Below are positions 1-14,012 of a stretch of 64,000 bases of DNA, in pieces (the stretch's first letter is position 1; each line of letters opens with the position of its first letter). The stretch is from Fimicolochytrium jonesii (Eukaryota): the NCBI RefSeq assembly GCF_025526975.1, contig NW_026515677.1:434001-498000 (forward strand), given 5' to 3'. The notes under the pieces are model-generated. The model had not been told where the DNA came from. It did no database searches and saw nothing but the letters and a program-made list of their open reading frames with translations. The translations under genes and the position numbers were made by a program.

Positions 1-55
1 AGCGGGCTGGGGTGGGATGGGGACTGGCGGAGTCTTTGTAGTATGTGGAGGGATC

Positions 56-76
56 GTTGTTGTTGTTGTTGCTGTT
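56..76. repeat. (GTT)n microsatellite
   Basis: GTTGTTGTTGTTGTTGCTGTT. Confidence 0.7.
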
Positions 77-850
77 GGGTGTGGGTGCGTAACGTGCTAG
101 ATCGCAGTACTGGGGTAGTTATGCGGTTTGCGATCACGGCCAGAACCTTCCCGGTGGACGGTGCTGCTGAGCACGCCCGAATGGCGATTTGCGGAAGGAA
201 AGCCATTTGCGCTGCTGGAGACTGCCGTATGACTGGAAACAAAAGACTTATTTCGCAGTATGTGCACACTGCTGGGTGTCTTCGAGTCGAATGTCGTCTG
301 GGTTCGAAATGGCGATAGGAATGGAAACCCGACATGGAAACTCGGACTCGCCTCTCAACTCGACGGGTGGCGCAGACGCCACAGGACGTGGCTTGGCAAA
401 TGACAGCACGCTGTCGAAACTAACATCCCATCGCCGATTCCATTCATTTACTGGGGGCTTCACACTTTATCGCCTTCTAACTTTCCGCCACCGCCATACT
501 CGTAGTATTGTTATTCCATACATACGCCAAAACAAGGTTAAGACTCTTCTCTTTGATCCTATGGGGGGGACCGGCGGAGACTTATGCATAGCCTCCCGGC
601 TTTGAGGTGATATTCTCCCACTGCCCTCCGTCTTTGTCTCGCTCTCGTCACTGACTTCCAGCTGCTTTGGGTAAATACAAAGTCTTTGACTCGCAAGTGG
701 AAGCACTGCTCCATCATAACTGCAAGGGCTACCATAGAACGTCGACCACTGTAAGTCGGTAACCTCATGGGCGATATCGGAGTTGTGTGAATTCCCAGAT
801 GCTTAATTGCCCTTGAACTCACCTCAGGCATCTTGAAAGCCAAAGCAACC

Positions 851-2493
<1,643 letters not shown>

Positions 2494-3297
2494 GTGATGG
2501 GTGATGGCCCAGTGCCTTCTTCGGTCATTACTGGTCGGAAAGCCGGTTGTCGCTGGACTGATGCAACTTTTTGGTTTCCTTCCCCACTTTTGGACCCCGT
2601 TCTTGGACCACCCGCTGGACTTGGCTATGGATGCTGTTTTTGGCTAGTCTCTACCTTTTTTCTCGCATAATAAAAAGACACATTAGCTTCCGCCCCACTT
2701 TTGCTGTATGCATGCAAGGAAGAACAGGATCACTCAAGCTGGTCTCAAAATCGGGAGGAGACGAAGGACAATGAAGAGATTAAAATGGACGCAGATTAAA
2801 GTCCACGGGTCAAATGAGACCCTTTATCGGTTGTTTTGATCTCAAAAGCAGGAGGTCTATCTACTAGGCTGGAAACGGTAAGGGGAAACAGCAATAAAAC
2901 ATAGAAGCGCGATAACAAGAACCATCGAAAAGGGTTCGCAAGAGGGTAACTACGACGAGAAACGAAGCACGATATGAAGTCTGAAGACGAAAAAAGAAAA
3001 GGTAATATGAAGTGGAAAAATATTGATTTGTTACGCGAAACGAAGAGGAAAACAAAAGAGGCGGGCGGAAGTGCGCGTGCGAAGAACGATGGGGTCGGGA
3101 AAAGGGTGATGACAAGGGAACATGGGAGGAGGGGTATGAATAAAGAGGCGACTATCGAAGGAGGGAATGCACGAGGTACTTTTTGGCGGGGGTCATCGAA
3201 GCAGGCAAAACTTCCCAAAAAGTAGCGAACGTCCGCGAAAACAACTTCCCAAAACGTAAGGTCCTGTCAGGAAGCAAATGGAAACTCAACGAACAGT

Positions 3298-5481
3298 TCA
3301 GATCTTGGTCAAAGCGTCCAAGAACCCCTTCGTGACATCCGCAATGATAGTCCTGTCCGGCACACTCGCCGCAGTCCCATAGATCGCCGCAACGGCGCCC
3401 TGTCCGGCAGCCGGGTCGCGTCTGATCTCCATAATGGCTTCGTCGAGGTCCCGCAGGAGCTCTTCTGCTGAGTTGCGGGTGAGCATGGTGCAGGCGATGT
3501 GGATTGCGGGCGGGTTCTGCAGGACGTTGAGGTGCCAGTCTTTGCGGGAGAGAAGGTCGGCGACGGCGTAGGTGTTGATTGGGGCTTCGGCTTGGAAGGC
3601 GACGACGGAGAGGATGGGGTTGCCGACGATTTTGAGGCCGGAGATGTTCTTGATGCTGTAGAACGAGTTATGTGAGTCATTGTCAAGATTATGGTAGTGA
3701 TACAACACATGAAATCAGACACCTACCCTTCTCGGATCCTACGAGCCGAGGTCATGATCTCTTTGGTACTCTTCACATAGCCAGATTCACCGAAATGCAC
3801 CATGGCTGCCCAGCAGCCAGCGATCAAGGCGCCAGGCCTAGATCCAGCAATAGTTGGAGACGCGTAAATACCACCTAAGGGAAAGGTGAGATCGACTCTC
3901 AAATATCACAAGGGATGAACGTGCACACCCACCTGTCCACTCAGTAGCAACAAAGTACTGGTAGTCGCGGTAAGACTTATCCCTGTACATGATGACCGAC
4001 GAACCCTTGGGCGCAAATCCGTATTTGTGAGTGTCGACAGAGATAGACGTCACGCCGTCCACCCGGAAATCGCAAGGGTGGTCGAGAGGGAAACCGGCTT
4101 TTTCAACGAAGGGGACAATGAAGCCTCCGAGACAGCAGTCGACGTGCATGCCGATGCCCGCCTTCTTGGCGAGAGCGGCGAGAGCGGGGATGTCGTCGAT
4201 GATACCATGGGGGAAGTTGGGTGCTGAACCAGCGATCTACAGGATGGCGGAGCGAGTGAGGAATGATAGATGCGAAAAGAACGGAGAGGTAACGCGCGTG
4301 CTTACCAGGATAGTGTTACGGTTGATGGCGCGTCCGACCTTGGCAAGATCTACCTTGCCAGTGGTGGAATCGATCGGGATGTGGATGAGTTTGACTCCGA
4401 AGTAGCTTTCGCCTTTGTCGAATGCAGCGTGGATGGTAACGGGGACGACCCTGATGAGAGAGAACACGTTGATCAGACTGCTATCCTTTGATTAACGCGG
4501 GGACATCGGATAGTTCGGGTATCATGTCCATACATTTCAGGCTCCGTGACTCCGCGTTGATCTCTCGCCATGTCACGGTAGGCCTTGATAGCCATCAGCA
4601 AGCTCTCAGTTCCACCAGAGGTCACGCTTCCGCAACCAGAGTCAGGGGCATTGTACATTCGAAGGACCATTGAGACGACCTCGGCTTCCATTTGACGGAT
4701 GCCGGGGAAGATTTCGGGGTGCAGTGGCTGAAAAGCGGGAAGCGCATGTTAGGTCCGACATCCAAGAGAAGTAAGGCGCATGTATGCTTACGTTGGTGAT
4801 GGTGAAACGGGAAAAGGCATCTGTGATAAGTGCAGAAACATCCTCGCCGCCGTGGTAGATAGCGCCTGAGATCTTTCCGTCCCTCCAGTTGACATGTCCC
4901 ATCTTCTGGTACCTCTCCAGTTCCGAGCGGACGGCTCCATCCGACAGGCCTTCGGCGGGCAGGGCACGGTAGACCTTTGTGCCTGGCTGGATGTTGACCA
5001 TCTTCTTCTCGATTCCTTCAACATGTTTCGCTACCTCTTTCTTTACAAGGGAGTTGGCGCCTGGAATCACTTTCCGCGACAGAGTCAAGACATACTGGTG
5101 ACAGGGAAGTGAAGGTCAAAGGATCAGCACCCAGGTGTATGCTACCACTCCTAAGAAGCCAATCTCTCCACCGCCTAGTATTCCGTCCGGACGCCAGCGC
5201 CAGCTTCTGTCCCCTCGCTCGTCAGCTCTCTGGCCCCATCGCGATGTCACACTTCGCGACGGCCTTCACCTATTCGAGCGCTAACATACCTGAAGAGCCC
5301 GTTTGAAGTATGCCTTGAAGGCACCCACGGGTCCCTTATACGAGATGTCCCGACCGACAGTTGTCAAGTAGCGGTAGAGCACGATGGCAAAGACGGCATT
5401 CTTGAGGTGCGCCACGGCAGGGCTGCCTGCGATGCGAGCCCATACGAGCTTCACGATGTCTGAGCTGGGTAGACCCGACAT
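3298..5481 (-). CDS. DPL1: Sphingosine-1-phosphate lyase (PLP-dependent), multi-exon
   Basis: Motifs [37 protein letters not shown] (PLP lysine) and C-terminal [14 protein letters not shown]-terminal hydrophobic anchor; ATG at 5481. Confidence 0.95.
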
Positions 5482-6646
5482 TGTTGGCGTTCCGTTCCGG
5501 GGACTGGCGAGTCTCTGTGGATGGAGGGAGTGTCCTGTGGAAGTACCGGACGATACAGTATGATAAGAGGCCAGTGTGTGATGATGAAAACAGAGCCTGT
5601 TCGAGGCTTGCTTAAATAGGCCTTCGAGGGGGGAAAAAGCCTTACGCGCAACTAGGAGGAGCGCGGCGTGGCGCGCCCTCGGTACTTGAATGTTGGGAGG
5701 AGGAGCTTTTGGACCGCGTTGTCTGGGAGGAGCTGCGATCGAATTTTTATACCCACTCAGATCGTCTGAAGAGGCGAAAAAACATGAATCATCTGCGTAC
5801 GCACCGCACGTCCTACGGCCCACTCAGTGGCTTGCTGCCACCACTTCCGGTTCGACCGGGTTCAACTTGCGTGGACATGGAACGCAAGGTTTCGAGTCAT
5901 GTGCGGGTACCGGTACCGAACTTAGAATCGGAACAACCGTCAACATCTCGCAGCTGCAAGCTGAAATGAGGGATTTGGGAATCGTTGTGGAGGGATTAAA
6001 GTCCGAAAATCCCTCATCTGCTTGATTCCGGTCTATACCCGTTCTTCGCAAGTGCTTTGATTGCGATATCCATCACCAGGGCTGCAACCTCTACTCTCAA
6101 ATGCGTACCTCCTGTGTTGCGTATTCATTCTATGTGCACATTTTGGCGTGTGAAGGCAATCATCCTAATATACAATCTTGGCATGTCTGATCTATGAATT
6201 TGGGGGTTCCACGGTTCTTTGCGTCTCATGTTCCCCGACTGGCTGTCTTGTACTGCACACTCCTCCTTCCTCCTGCTTAATTTCATTCACCGATTGCATG
6301 ATAGACCGACAGCAGATTCGCGCAATTGATGCCTTCCTTCTGCTTACTCGTGCTCGCAGCATCTATGTTTCCAGTGTCCAATAGCTCGTACTCCATCTGC
6401 TGCCACTGTGGTGTGTTATTGCAGCAATCATCGGGATCTGGTGGTTTTGTTTGGCCTTGCGGCGAGGGATATTGTGGCAGAAGAAGGAGAAAGGACGTCA
6501 GTGACAGGATGGCCAGGCGCGAGCGACTCGAGCGACCCGTCAAAAACAACTCGTGAAAGAACAACTGCCATGGGAACGCATGGAAGGTGGACAACGTCAG
6601 GTACTCAGGAAAAACGACAGGCTGACTACGCTTCTGGCTTGGTGCG

Positions 6647-9174
6647 ATGTGGCGGCTCAGAGGTGATGCCGTCAGTACCCTGACATGCCTCCATAAAAGT
6701 AAATGGTGCATACCTCGTCAGAGGGCATTCTTTGTCAATTCCGTCACCGGCTCGGGTACGTAAAACATCTTGCAGCTTCAACTGTTACTTGCGGCGCTTG
6801 TGGCGCTAAACTTCGATGGTGGTGCAGGGCCCAGACGTACCTTTGTCTCACAGCGACTGGAAATATGGGACGAGGAGTTCGCTAAGTTTAAAGGCTTGTT
6901 ACAAGGGTCGGGGAAGTCTATCAAGATCACCTTATCAGGCGGTTCAGCACCGGTCGTGGGAGAAGCGGGGAGAACTACCCCCTTCGAGGCAATACAAAGT
7001 GTGTAAGACGATGTGACTGCCTCGCCCTACTTGCTTTTAATTGACTTTTGCCCGCAGGTTCTGGGGCAAACTTTCAACCCGATCAATATGTGCTTGGGCT
7101 GGTGAACGGAGCAACACCTTGGGACCTCTCTCGGCCGTTGGAGAATGATTGCTTACTAGAGCTTATTCCCACCACCTCGGACTCTCCATTGGCTCGAAAA
7201 ACAATATGGCATTCAGGTGCTCACTTACTTGGGTGGGCGATGGAAAAGAAGTTCGGCGACGATGTGCTTTTGTGCGATGGTCCAGCATTGTCCACTGGCG
7301 GCTTCTTCTACGATGCTCTGATCAGAAAGGAGCTGTCCGCCGGGTTCATAGCCGGCGAATCAATGGAGCAGAGGATTCAGCGGTTGACGCGGGCAGATGG
7401 GGCCATCTACAATGTGACACAGGACGATATGAAGGATCTAGAAGGAGACATGAAGGCATTCGGGAAGAAGAAATCCAGATTCACAAGACTGGTTGTCCCG
7501 CGGACTGTTGCAGAACGGTTGTTTCAAACGAACCCTTTCAAGCTCTACTTCCTGTCTCGGATACCAGAAGAAGCGCCCGTCACGTTATACCGATGCGGCG
7601 ATTTCATCGACTTGTGTCGCGGACCACACGTGCCTCACACCGGATACCTGAGAGCGAACAAGCTGTTACGAACAGCCGGTGCTCAGTGGGAAACGGGGCA
7701 TGCCGGGGCACACCAGCCGTTATCGCGGGTGTATGGAATCGCATTCCCGAACGCGGACGACTTGAAACATTGGCAACATGTGCAAGAAGAGGCTGCAAAA
7801 CGAGATCACCGGCTGATTGGGAAGCAGCAGGGTCTCTTTATCATGAATCCAATGTCACCTGGGTCACCGTTCATGCTTCCACACGGGACGCGAATCATGC
7901 AGCGCCTGATGGACTTCCTGCGGGCTGAGTACAGACGTTATGGATATCAGGAGGTGATCACGCCTCTTCTCTTTAACAAGGAACTATGGGTGACGTCTGG
8001 GCATTGGGAGAACTACAAGGAGGACATGTTCGTCGTTAATGGCGGAAGTCATGACGGACATGGTGGGTGTTGTGGAAGTGACAAGGCGGACGATGCCGAG
8101 TCGGAGACACATGGGCTGAAACCAATGAATTGCCCGGGGCACTGCTTACTCTACGCCAGCTCCGCAAAATCGTATCGGGACCTACCCGTGCGTCTCGCCG
8201 AATTCAGTCCTGTGCATAGGTTCGCATCCCTCGAATTGGAGGTCATGACTTTTGGAAGATGATGCTGACCGTTTTGCGTTTGCAGAAATGAGGCATCTGG
8301 CGCCTTGACCGGCTTAACACGGGTCCGTAAGTTCCATCAAGATGACGCTCACATCTTCTGCCGTCCCGCTCAGATCGGCTCCGAGATATCGGCCACGTTA
8401 TCATTCATTCATCGCGTCTACTCCATATTCCAATTTCCTTCATACCACCTCACTCTCGCTACGCGACCGACGGAGAACTTCATGGGTACCAAAGAGCAAT
8501 GGGACAGCGCGGAGGCCCAGCTCCGCACCGCACTGAGCAACACGGGTCGAGAGTGGACCGTTAAGGAAGGCGATGGGGCATTCTACGGCCCCAAGATTGA
8601 CATTATGGTCAAGGATGCGCTCGGACGCGCACATCAAACCGCGACGATCCAGCTCGATTTCCAGCTCCCGCAGAGGTTCCAGCTGAAATACCAGGCGGAA
8701 GATGGCGGCTTTGAGACGCCCGTAATTGTTCACCGCGCGATTTTGGGGTCTGTGGAGCGCATGATGGCGGTGCTGATTGAGCACTATGCGGGCAAATGGC
8801 CGTTCTGGTTGAGCCCGAGGCAGGCCATGGTTGTCCCAGTTGGGATGGATTTCGTCGATTATGCTAGGAAGGTTGCAGCGGAGCTCAGCGGGAAGGGCCT
8901 CCCACCACCCCCGGCATCGGGCCAGGACATAGATGCGAACGGAAAGCATCCTACTGCGTGCTGGCACGTTGACGTGGACGAAACGGATCACCTCCTTTCG
9001 AAGCGAATTCGAGAGGCGCAGACGGCACAATACAATTTCATGCTGGTTGTCGGTGCCAAGGAAAGAGACCTTGGGAAGGTCACGGTTCGACAACGCGACG
9101 GGAAGGATTTGGGGATGATGGATTTGCATCAAGTTAGGGAACTATTCACCCGCTTGGAGGCGAAATTTCTATGA
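6647..9174 (+). CDS. TARS2: Mitochondrial threonyl-tRNA synthetase with TGS and editing domains
   Basis: WHSGAH, DLCRGPH, KRDHR, LKPMNCPGHC, GLTRVRKFHQDDAHIFC, GAFYGPKID, HRAILGSVER. Arg-rich presequence MWRLRG...PRQRAFF from ATG 6647 joined by an intron starting at 6756. Confidence 0.92.
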
Positions 9175-9397
9175 ATGAAATCTGCGCTAGGTCTAGTCGA
9201 TAGATTATAGATAGAGCTTGCCGACTCTATACGATTCCGCCGTCGAATTGATATGCTTGCTGCGTCAGGATCCTTCGATTGAATGTACATATATATATGC
9301 TGGGGGGAACGCACATCGTTGGAACAGCGAAAAGGACAGGACAACGTGACGTCGCCGCGTCGAGCGTCGGGCCACTCTGTTTGCTTGCGTTCATCGC

Positions 9398-10618
9398 TCA
9401 GGCTTCATCATCGCTCGATGTAACCCCCAACGACATGGCGAACTGAGCTGCCAGCGCTCGTCTTTCACTATCGGATAAAGTCTTTCCGTGTTCTGATGGA
9501 TATGTTCTTGTTCAGCCACTAGCGCAGAAAAGTCGCGATGGCACCGACTGAACGAGCGCATACTGACCTCTCAGCGTCTGCAACGTCCGTAGTGACCGCT
9601 CAAAATCGTCATCATCAACTTCCTCAGCATCCGACCCACCACCATCGGCACCCTCCATCATCGATAACAGCCGCCGTATACTATCCTCTGCCGCATTCGC
9701 AAGATTCGCCTTGTCTGCATTCGACGGTTCCATATCAGGCTCCCCAGACAGCGTTTGCTGCGCTGCCGACTCCGACGCACCAATTCCTGCCGACCCATTC
9801 GACGTCGGCTTCGCTGTGGTTGATTTCGTCCCCCGCACCATACCGTCCCACATATTGTTCTCCAACGCTTCCGCTATCCTATCTACTCCAACGCGCTCCG
9901 CCATGATCTCGTCTTCCGTGATCTCGTCAGTCGAGTCCCGCTCTTCTGGTAGAGATGGGTACAGATCAATGAACTCCATCCCGTGCTCTAGACAGAACTC
10001 TTCGTGGTTTTGGAGATGAACCGGCGTCTCTGCTGCGGTCCGGGTCGGCTCCGTGACTGTATTGGCGACGCACAACGCAACATTTGGCTGTACGTCGTCT
10101 AGGAACGTCGTCCAACTCCGAAGTGGCTCAAACGTTTCTGACTAAACACAGAGGAGCCCGGATATGATCTCAGAAAAAACCCTCCCAACTTTCATACCCT
10201 CCCAAATGAAGACGTCCCAAGTCCTCCTCGCACCTTGTCGCGGTCATACACATAAATGAAACCGTCCACCGCTTCCCCCAGTTCGCGCAATTCCGCGGAG
10301 TCGATTGCTGAAGCTCCGTCGGCGGTTGGTTCAAGGGTGTCCACCCATAAGACAATGTCCGCCGTGTAGTACTTTGTCGCTAGCGATAAGGGGACGCATT
10401 GCGGTGTTGTATCTGATATCGGCTGGCTGGTCGAGTCGAGAATTTTGCAAAGTTCTGAAAGGAGTTGGGAAGAATTGGTACTAGGCAAGGCAGAGGGCGA
10501 AAAATCGCAAAGATCATCGTCCCAGCTCACCTTGCACCAGTTGAAGTTTGCCGACACCTTTGTGGCCTACAACGAGTACCTTGTTCTTCAAGGTTATATT
10601 CTCTCCTTCCTCGGTCAT
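9398..10618 (-). CDS. IRC6: Alpha/gamma-adaptin-binding protein p34 (AAGAB/Irc6)
   Basis: N-terminal GTPase-like NKVLVVGHKGVGK, LATKYYTADIVLWVD, GVDRIAEALENNMW and C-terminal LSDSERRALAAQF. Confidence 0.85.
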
Positions 10619-11146
10619 AGCTGTGTTCTAAAACGTGCTCTTGTCAGTTTGCGATGCTGTGAGTGGGTCTGGTCTGCTGCTCGTCACATATCCAGTCCAG
10701 TATCCAGTCCAGTCCCAGCAGTCCCACGCGTTGGCAACAAGTTGACCCATTTCGGCTATTTCGGAGCAGAGTTCGGAGCTTTCGTCTTCGGCAATTCTCG
10801 GCTGTTGCAAACTCCGCACTTCACCCATCAGGTCGCCAAGAGACACTTTCCGACAGCACCGCAGAGTCCAGCGCTCACAGTTCGGAAGCCCCGTCCTCAC
10901 AGTCGCACCGCGCTGCCACGTTTCCGCGAGATCTCCCATCTTTATATTTGGAAGTGCGAAAGCCTTTCCTCGTCGTAATACTGCGTAAGATACAGGAAGA
11001 ACTGCTATAGAACTCATACAACTACGGCAATCGATTCGGCTTAGAGCAACATAGACAGCAACTCGCAAAGCGTCGCATCTTCGGAAACACTCGCTTGTCC
11101 CAGGTTATTTCCCGCCACACACACCCCCTCCCAAACTCCACCGGAG

Positions 11147-12247
11147 ATGAGCAACGATCGCCCAAAACGAAAACTAGAGCCGCACATACATCTGCTCGCC
11201 GGCGGTGTCTCGGGTTTCGCCAGCTGCGTCCTGCTTCAGCCGCTCGACCTGATCAAAACGCGGCTGCAGCAGGATCTCGCGCAACGACAGTCCCTCCTCC
11301 GATCCTTCAGCCAGGGCGCCGGCGCCGCCCAAGTACTCAATCTTAAGAACTTGACGATATGGTCCACAACGCGGGATATCGTGCGGCAGGATTCCGTGTG
11401 GGCGCTATGGAGGGGGACGTGGCCGACGGTGCTGAGGAACGTGCCAGGGAGCGCGTTGTATTTTGTGATGTTGAATGAGATGAGGATAGGGTTGAGGAAG
11501 GTTGGGCAGACTTTTGGCGTCGTTTTACCCACTCCTACGAATGCCGCTTTGGGCCCGTCGACAGCGGGCACGACATCAGCGCATCCACTGACATCCCTGG
11601 CGAGGCCGCCATTACCATCGCCAGCGCCGTCCTCACCACCACAACCTTCCAACAGCAGCCGCACATTCAACGAATCGACCATCAACCTAATAGGCGGCGG
11701 CAGCGCGCGAGCCGCGGCCGGGTTCATACTCATGCCAATGACCGTCATCAAAGTCCGCTACGAAAGCAACCTATACAGCTACACGTCCGTCTGGCAAGCC
11801 ACGCGCGACATCACCCACAAAGAGGGTATCCGCGGCCTATTCCGCGGGTCAGGGGCCACCATCCTTCGCGATGCGCCGTATGCGGGGCTCTACGTGCTCA
11901 TTTACGAGCACTGCAAGACGTTCTTGAGGACGGCGGTGGATGGTGGAACATTGGGACTCTCCGGACTGGCTATCCCGCCGGCGGCGATAAATATGACGGC
12001 GGGGGTGATAGGCGGGGCGGTGGCGACGTTGATCACGAACCCGTTTGATGTGGTCAAGACGCAGATGCAGCTGAAGCCGAAGGAGTTCCGGACGATGGTG
12101 CAGAGTGCGTGGAAGATTGCGACGGAGGAGCGGTTTGCGGGATTTTTCGCGGGTGTGTTGCCGAGGTTGTTGAGGAAGTCGTTCAATTCGGCTATTGCGT
12201 GGACGATTTATGAGGAGGTTATTGGGTTCGTGTCGTTGAATAGTTGA
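11147..12247 (+). CDS. HEM25: Mitochondrial carrier, glycine transporter type (SLC25A38/Hem25), single exon
   Basis: Three carrier repeats PLDLIKTR, PMTVIKVRYES, PFDVVKTQMQ; RNVPGSALYF and RDAPYAGLY are typical of SLC25A38/Hem25. Confidence 0.88.
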   Translation: MSNDRPKRKLEPHIHLLAGGVSGFASCVLLQPLDLIKTRLQQDLAQRQSLLRSFSQGAGAAQVLNLKNLTIWSTTRDIVRQDSVWALWRGTWPTVLRNVPGSALYFVMLNEMRIGLRKVGQTFGVVLPTPTNAALGPSTAGTTSAHPLTSLARPPLPSPAPSSPPQPSNSSRTFNESTINLIGGGSARAAAGFILMPMTVIKVRYESNLYSYTSVWQATRDITHKEGIRGLFRGSGATILRDAPYAGLYVLIYEHCKTFLRTAVDGGTLGLSGLAIPPAAINMTAGVIGGAVATLITNPFDVVKTQMQLKPKEFRTMVQSAWKIATEERFAGFFAGVLPRLLRKSFNSAIAWTIYEEVIGFVSLNS

Positions 12248-12627
12248 CATCTAGCGTAGTGTACTCGATCTTGCGACCTCGGCCGTGAGCTATTTGGCGT
12301 AATTTAGATTTACATAGATTCTCGCGGATGAATACATCAACGTGCGGAGAGCTACGTCGGTTTCCACAGGACTTCTGCGATCCGAGAACATTTGCAGATA
12401 TTTCAGTTACACCTTGCCATGAATAAGATTCCGAGAAGATCGTATTTACAACGCGCATTCAATCGGCGGGAAACAAACAAGCGAAAAGGGAGGAATCCAT
12501 ATCGACACCCGCTTAGGGTTTGAGCTTTGAAGGCGCCGGCGAAGAAATGACATATGCTAGACAAGCCAAGGATCATAAAGACATGAACAGTCCATGATAT
12601 AGATAGAGAGACATAGATCACTATGGT

Positions 12628-14012
12628 TTAATCTGCCTTGACCGCGATTCGACGCTTCTTTTCGGCTGGCTTTCCGGTGGCCTTCGTTTGACTTTGCGCG
12701 GCAAGGGCCATGACCCCTGCGAAAGCCGCCGCCGCTGCTGCCAGGTTGTTGTCTGATCCATCGGCGGACTGCGATGGGGCTTCGATGCCGCAGCCAGTAG
12801 CGGTGGTTCCCTCGTAGAACACCAAACCGTTCTGGTATAGGAGATAATGTAAGTTTTTCCGCACGTTGCGTTACTGGATTCGTAGAGTGTCTGCATACCT
12901 CCTCGTACAAATCCCTCAATCGCTTCTTCCCCGCCGAAGGGTCATCTTGCTGAGTAACCAGCTGTCGCAACCACTTGACCTCCATCTCGCACTCGCGCAA
13001 ACGACGCTCCAACAATTGTGCCTTGTCAGTCATTTCGCGGGCGGTCTTTTCCAACGTCTGATCACGAATCTTCCTCTTTGCCCTGAATCGCGCGGAAGCC
13101 GCGGTGTTCCTCCTCCGCTTTTCCTGCTCGCTCTCGGTCTTCGGGTTATCACCGGAAACGGATTCGGCGGGAGCAGCAAATTGGGATTGTGATGGAACCG
13201 ACGTCGTGGAGGAGGACTGCGGTGTAGCGACTGGTTCGTTCGGTAAATCGACCTTTTCGAGCGAGAACTGTGAAGCTGAAGGAGCTGGTGCAATCAGGAC
13301 CGTCTTCGTTGCGGTTCCCGGAAGCTGCGCCGGGACCAATGGTGCTGGAGTCCACGCGAGACTGGCAGAAGCACTGTGCTGTACAATAGGCTCTGCAGCA
13401 GCTGCCGTTTCTGTAAGCTTCGCAGGTGCAACATTGGGGACGAACTGATCCAATGGGAACGCGATCGGCGTCTGTAGAGCGGCGTTTCGGGCGTTCAGCT
13501 GACCGAGGACATCAAGCATAGGGTTAAATTGCGATTGCTCGACGTTCAGAGTCGTGTATACGTCCTGTGAAGGCTGTGGTTGCACCGCTTGCGCGTGCGC
13601 TGGAGTATCCGCGTAAACATACTGAGGCTGTTCTTGCAATTGGTGCGGGAACAGGAAGGTCGTCTGAGGAGCTGGGGTATTCGGGGTCAGGAAATTGCGG
13701 AAATCTTGCACCGCGACGTTATCGAAAGGAATCTGGTCGGAATAGGTCCGCTGGGATTGACCGTTGAAGTCCGCTAGAAGTTGAAAATCAAAGTTGAGCG
13801 TTCATACTTTCGCCTATTCCCTCGAACTACCCCGGCGGATGTCTTTACGCACCAACACTCTGATAACCGCGCCCCGCAAGCGCTGCTGATTCGGCGTCAA
13901 CATTGAAATCGGTGTTCAGCCATAAGTCAAGGTCGTTCTGTGAGAAGTCCAAGCCTGGCACTGACGGCGAGAAGTCAGGCACGTTCAACATGCGGATATA
14001 GTCGGAGTTCAT
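12628..14012 (-). CDS. bZIP transcription factor, sulfur-metabolism type (MetR/Cys-3/Zip1-like)
   Basis: Basic region EKRRRNTAASARFRAKRK plus leucine zipper ending EVKWLRQL; N-terminal DLDLWLNTDF resembles the MetR/Met4 activation motif; 3 exons. Confidence 0.8.

Noticed and set aside
6283..6711. Minus-strand ORF containing PPDPDDCC, reminiscent of an oxidoreductase-like N-terminal motif
   Set aside because: The expected following CxxCVW motif is absent, it overlaps the ThrRS start, and no convincing gene model results.
10691..10716. (TCCAG)n-like short repeat upstream of IRC6
   Set aside because: Short degenerate simple repeat with no evidence of function.
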